Part shown: in pieces, positions 58,054 through 64,000 of the stretch
How the letters are laid out: the number at the start of each line of letters is the position of its first letter
Numbering within the stretch: the stretch's first letter is position 1
Source: the human T2T-CHM13v2.0 reference genome, Homo sapiens
NCBI RefSeq assembly: GCF_009914755.1
Contig: NC_060937.1
DNA: 64,000 nucleotides
Strand: one strand, 5' to 3'
Notes under the pieces: generated by a model
Database searches by the model: none
Seen by the model: only the letters and a program-made list of their open reading frames with translations
Told to the model about the DNA's origin: nothing
Translations under genes and position numbers: made by a program

Positions 58054-59535
58054 CTATTTACACCAACTATGTGCCTCTTTATTAAAAAATAGTCAATCTG
58101 AAATTGCCAGGTGATATAAATGATAATTTAATAAATAAGGTAATAAACAATGTTAACTTTTTGGTTGTTGCTTTGACTTCAATTTCGGTTTAACTAGAGC
58201 TCTTGGTAGTCTTACTATGCAAAGAAGCTGATACACTGTAGTTCCCACAATATATATATTTTAAATCCTTAAATCATTAAATATCTTCAAAAAATAAGTT
58301 CAGCATAGTTTTAATATTAGATGTCTTTCATTGCATTTCATAGCATTAAAAGTGGAAAATACATGTATGATAGATATATGCAGCCTTGATCTGTCACCAA
58401 AATATTTATTTAACCTGAGGATCTCATTCACCGGCGATCCTGAGCAACCTATGGGATCCTTTGCGGATGCAAAGACTTCAGATGACACGGGGCCGCCCGG
58501 TCCCTGGAGTGAGGCCCTTGGCTTCCAAAGCCATTTCTGACGCGTGCGCCCTTTGCTCAGTTTTCAGAACCACACTCAATGGTTTTTTCCATCTTGTTAA
58601 TTTGCACATTTTACCTTTTTAAGGCAATACTCTCCAGACCTTGTTTTCTTTTCAAAAAGTCACCATTTCCTCCTCTTCCGTCTAGCCTTAATTGTTTTAT
58701 TTTTATTTTTTAGCTCATTGACCCTAATTAGGTGGTTCTAACTCACTCAGTCCAGTGACTAATTGCATGATTCACTCTCCAGTCAGGACATATTTATTCT
58801 AAACTTTGTGCAAATCTGAAACAAACTGAAAGTATTTCATTAACAATACTACTTAAAAAAAATTTTTAAGTGTGTCTACAAAATCTAGGTGGAGCAAAAC
58901 ACAAGATGGGAAATCTTATTTTAGCCTAAGGAGGTGAAGGAATCAACATTGTCCATCTTTCCTCTTCTGTTGCACTCTGCTGACTAGACAGGAAACTGGC
59001 TTAACATGAATTTTCCTTTTCAAAAACCAGAGCGAATCTTTACTGGAACAATTCACTATGCTGAGCTTATTGTCCAGTTTTTGGACTTTCTGGTTCATAA
59101 AAACAAGTGAAACTAAAAGTGTATTTTTAAGAACGTGTTTGCAACATGGTAAAATATTCTAATTTAAAATAGAAATAGGTCAGTCAACCTAATTTAATTA
59201 TATTAATTTAATGGTCACAGAAATCAGACCAAGAAAGGAAGTGGGAGCTAAGTGCTGCCTTCTCCTCCGGGCTCTGCATCTGTTCTTGTGCAATAGTTGA
59301 ATCTGTAGGTGGACTAGTCGGCTGACATGCATGGCATAGTAGGGCCACAGCCAAAATATCAGCTTCCCAGACGCTCTTCCTTCTTTACGTAATGGATGTA
59401 AAGCTGCATCCCCGTTACTCTGAAGGCTGCTGTACATGGATCATGCTACCAGGCAACCTAATCTTACATCTCTCTCGTTCACTCTGAAGTCAGGAGCCAT
59501 TCTTCTATCTCGTGCCATCTCTGCTCCGTGCCACC

Positions 59536-59891
59536 TGTATTAGTCTGTTCTCACACTGCTAATAAAGACATACCCAAGACTGGGTAATTTATAAAGAAAA
59601 AAGGTTTAATGAACTCAAAGTTCCACATGGCTGGGGAGACCTCATAATCATGGCAGAAGACAAAGGAAGAGCAAAGCCACATCTTACATGGCGGCAGGCT
59701 AGAGAGCTTGAGCAGGGGAACTCCCATTTATAAAACCGTCGCAACTCTTGAGACTTATTCGCTACCAGGAGAACAGTATGGGGTAGACTGCCCCCATGAT
59801 TCAATTACCTCCACCTGGCTGCACCCTTAGCACGTGGGGATTATTACAATTTAAGGTGGGATGTGGGTGGGGATACAGTGAAACCACATCA
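59536..59891 (-). mobile_element. THE1 (THE1C-like) MaLR solo LTR
   Basis: tgtattagtctgttctcacactgctaataaagacatacccaagactgggtaatttataaag...ggggattattacaatt...aaaccacatca. Confidence 0.9.
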
Positions 59892-60089
59892 CACCATTAC
59901 AGGTAACCTCTCCACACAGGACAGGCTTGTGACTTACTGAACTCATAGATCCCTAGTAGTCACAGCCAACTAAAACCAAGTGTCACCACGGCAAGGGTGG
60001 TACAAAAGGCCATCTCCGGCCCAGGCTTTCTAGAGATGAAGACGGAATGCATGCCTCTCGTGCTGACATACAGTATGACATTTTTTTTC

Positions 60090-60570
<481 letters not shown>

Positions 60571-62835
60571 TGAAAAAGATTTGTTCACCAATTCCATGAA
60601 CTCCCCTTACAGCCCCAATGTGGTCACAGCAGAGCTCACCACAGGAGAGGACAAGAGGCAGCCTGCTCCCCAGGAAGGGGGAATGGAGCCCCCACACACC
60701 GCCCTGGCGCAGGAAGCCCCCCGACCCATCACAACTTCACCCAGAAGGGACTGCCTCTGATGGAATTCCACAGCCAAGCTATTAGCTCTTGGGCAATTTT
60801 GGATTCTCTCAAAACAACATTTGAAGTTGCTTCCTTTCCACCTCTCGGATTTGGGAGCCTGCTAACTCACTGGTTTGCTGCTGCGTTCTCCTGAAGTGCT
60901 ACCGCTGTTTAGATTTGGAGAGCAAAAACCCCAGTGCTGCTTCTGTGGCTTCCCAGCAGCCCAAGGGCTCCCTAGCTTTTAGATCAAGTGGAGTTCCTCA
61001 AAATTTAAGATTCAAATTACTGAAGATAAGAAGGAAGACACAGAAGCGATGGACTGCCCAGGTTCCATCCCTCCTAGAGAGAACTCACATCCTGCTGTGC
61101 CCAGGGAACCGCACCCAAGGGGAATTCCTCAAGCCATCTGGGGATTTGCATCAGAGCTGAGGGCGCTTCCTGTGAGCTGCCCAGGTGGAGACAGTGAGGG
61201 AAGCCGCGCAGGGGCAGGGGCTCTGCCAGACATTGTCTCCTAAGGACACTCTGCGTCCTCTGCCACCCCGGGCCTGGTGCAGTGCCTGCCACTTGTTCAT
61301 TCAGAGCTTCTGCAAGGCCAGAGCAGAGCCGGGACACCGGCTGTCCCCCGGTGACAGTGAGTGACTCATTTCGAGGCCAGCACACAGTGGCTGCACAGGG
61401 CAGGTGGGCACAGGGCAGGTGGGTCCCAGCTGTGACCGGGCGGGAAGCTGGGAAACACTGGGTCCTATTTAAAGGGAATTTAGAAACATGCAGGAGGCCC
61501 ATGCTTCCATCTGAGGGTTTAACTGGGTGGAGTGTGGTTTCTTCAACGCCACATTAGGGGAGGAATGGAAAGAGGACCAGTGTTTTTGAGTACCCCGTGT
61601 GCAGTAGGAGCTTCAGAAACAGATTCCTGCTTAACGGTCACCGCACCCCGAGAGGTGGGGGTCACTGCCTGAGTCCCACAGGCAAGGACCGCGAGGTCTG
61701 CAAGGCCAAGAGCTTGCCCTGCACCTGCCCGCCAGCAAGTGGGGGGCTGAGACCGCCCAGGGCAGGACCCAGCGCCCTCACCCTCCACCATCAGCCTTCC
61801 CAGTATACAACATGAAAAATGCAGCTACTACTTCAAAATGCGTCTGCCCTCCCAGAGTGGTGGTAATTAAACTGTCCAACTGGAAGCTGACACATATTTA
61901 GAGCAAATCAGAAGGCAAAAGCATTTTTCAGAAGTTCCTTTCATGTGCGTAACTTAAGTATGGGATTTTAAATCTTACTGATCTTCCTCCTCCCTCTTAA
62001 TTCTACTTTTTATTTAGGCAAAAATCTCACAAAGATCAACAATCTCGGAGTGCTTTTCATCCCACATTCCTGCTACTGTACAAGAAGAGGAAGCATGGCC
62101 CAGGCTTTTAACCCCCAGGGTCCAGAGTTCATACAATGGGAAGGAAAGTGAAACAATACATGTTTCAGGGAAACACGCATCTCCTGATTCTGCTGCACTG
62201 ATTAATCCTCCCTGCCTGGAATTTCCAGCTGTCCTGATCTGCTTCACTTCGATGTGTTCCCCAATGGGTCTAAGTCTCCTTCATGATAACCTTCCAGTTT
62301 ACGGCTGTATTTTAAAACCAGTATTTCATTTCAAGGGCTGCAAGGAGTCCATCAACACTTGTGCCCTAAAGGCGGCTGCTAGCACTGATCCCCCAAGGAC
62401 CTCGTGAGCTTAGAGGAGCTCCTGAGTGTGTGGACCAGAGTTGGACACCATAAATTGTGCATCTGAACTTGGATCAAGTGAACCAAATTTCTCCAGAGCA
62501 GGCAGGTAGGTCTAGCTGGCTGAACCCTGTCCGCTCTCCAAACATGCCTGGAAAACTCCCATGCAGCAGAAAGCAGTCAAGGAACTCAAAGCCAAGAATA
62601 CACAGTGTATCCTCTCCAGTCCAAGCCAGAGACAAACCACCCCAGACCAAGGAGAGACAGCTGTCTGCAGTGAATTCACGACGGCCTTGGCCTCCAGGAA
62701 TGATGTCACACCCCTCATGAAATACTTCAAAATCAGGAACGGAGGTTCAGATAAGACAGAATACAGCATGTAATCAAGAAGTATTGGGAAAACCACCCAA
62801 CCCTTTACCATGTCAAGCACAAAACAGATTACTAA

Positions 62836-63126
<291 letters not shown>

Positions 63127-64000
63127 TAGACGAATGAAAAAGTAGATTTTGCCTCTTGTATGGATAGTAACAGTTCACCAATTATATATCAAATGAAAAT
63201 GTAAATTTAATCATTAAATGGCATATTATTTTATAGATCATTTCTTACAAACACTTATTAGGGCTCTCAAATAAACTTTAAAGAAATGTAAGTTTAGGCT
63301 ATCAACATTAGGGCCAAGTAAAAATGAATTCCTCATTGTAAATAAAGGAAAACCTAAAATTAAACAGCTGAATGTTTACTATTATTTAAAAAAGAAAAAA
63401 GTAGGCCAGCATTTTTTCAGAGCCAACACATCTGTAAAAACTGTATCAAAAGAAAAAGTTCAGGACATCCTCATCCCTCGCACTGCTTGGCAGGAGAGGG
63501 CTGCTGCGGCAGCTGTGCTCCCAGCCTGCTCTGAGACACTGCTTTCCAACACACACCCCAGACTGCGTCCCCAACCCCTCCCAGCCAGGAATGAAGGCTG
63601 AACGGGGAGGAGGCATTCCACACCCACCCCTCAGGAGTCCAGGTTAATTATTTCTGAGGTCAAAGGACCGCAGACTCTGGTCCTTCTTCATGGGAGGGAA
63701 AGACATAGACTTTAAGGAGTTGCAGACCTCATAAAATGTGTATTTTCAGCTCTCAGAACCCTGTTTGCCATTCCCAGTAGAATCATTCATTCTGTCCTCT
63801 GGAGTTAGCTGAGTCAACTAACCTGGCTGCAGGTTCCCTCTTAAAACTCAAACTTGGCAACCACCCTCCTAACCCCTACCTGCGCCCAAAACCAAATCCA
63901 AATTCCCAATAATTCCTAAGAACAACAGAGGGAGGACGGTAGAAAGATAAGGGAAAAAAGGAGGGAAGGAGAGGAGGAGAAAGAAGTAAAAGGTTAAAAT

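Noticed and set aside
58331-58540. Plus-strand ORF containing DTGPPGPW
   Set aside because: Only two Gly-Pro units, wrong strand for COL4A1, and no splice signals.
58723-58732. Perfect CArG box CCTAATTAGG
   Set aside because: A few such matches are expected by chance in 64 kb of AT-rich DNA, and there is no supporting context.

Overview
Primate (almost certainly human) genomic DNA lying entirely inside COL4A1 (collagen type IV alpha-1 chain, 13q34), transcribed on the minus strand. By reading Gly-X-Y codons and GT/AG boundaries I place 18 small coding exons: exons 2-18 complete and the first 30 nt of exon 19 at the left edge. Exon numbering follows my recollection of the canonical transcript. 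Spliced, they give [20 protein letters not shown]...GPPGIVIGTGPLGEK, i.e. the 7S domain and the start of the interrupted triple helix. Exon 2 (41189-41248) is isolated between a 28.7-kb intron 2 and the more than 22 kb of intron 1 present here; exons 3-19 are packed into the first 12.5 kb. The rest is intronic: about 18 Alus, L1 and MIR fragments, MLT2/MLT1/THE1 LTRs, DNA-transposon relics, and several tandem repeats, including a 1.7-kb palindromic AT-rich minisatellite and a 1.2-kb purine-rich G-run array. Nearly all ORFs in the supplied track are artefacts of Alus or simple repeats. I see no convincing new multi-gene system. The best leads are RNA-level and structural hypotheses: a candidate 8-nt poison microexon or recursive splice site in intron 18, an Alu-bracketed all-phase-0 exon block that could form a stop-free circular RNA, a strong CTCF site, and non-B-DNA-prone arrays in intron 1. 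Repeat subfamily names come from remembered consensus sequences and need RepeatMasker confirmation.
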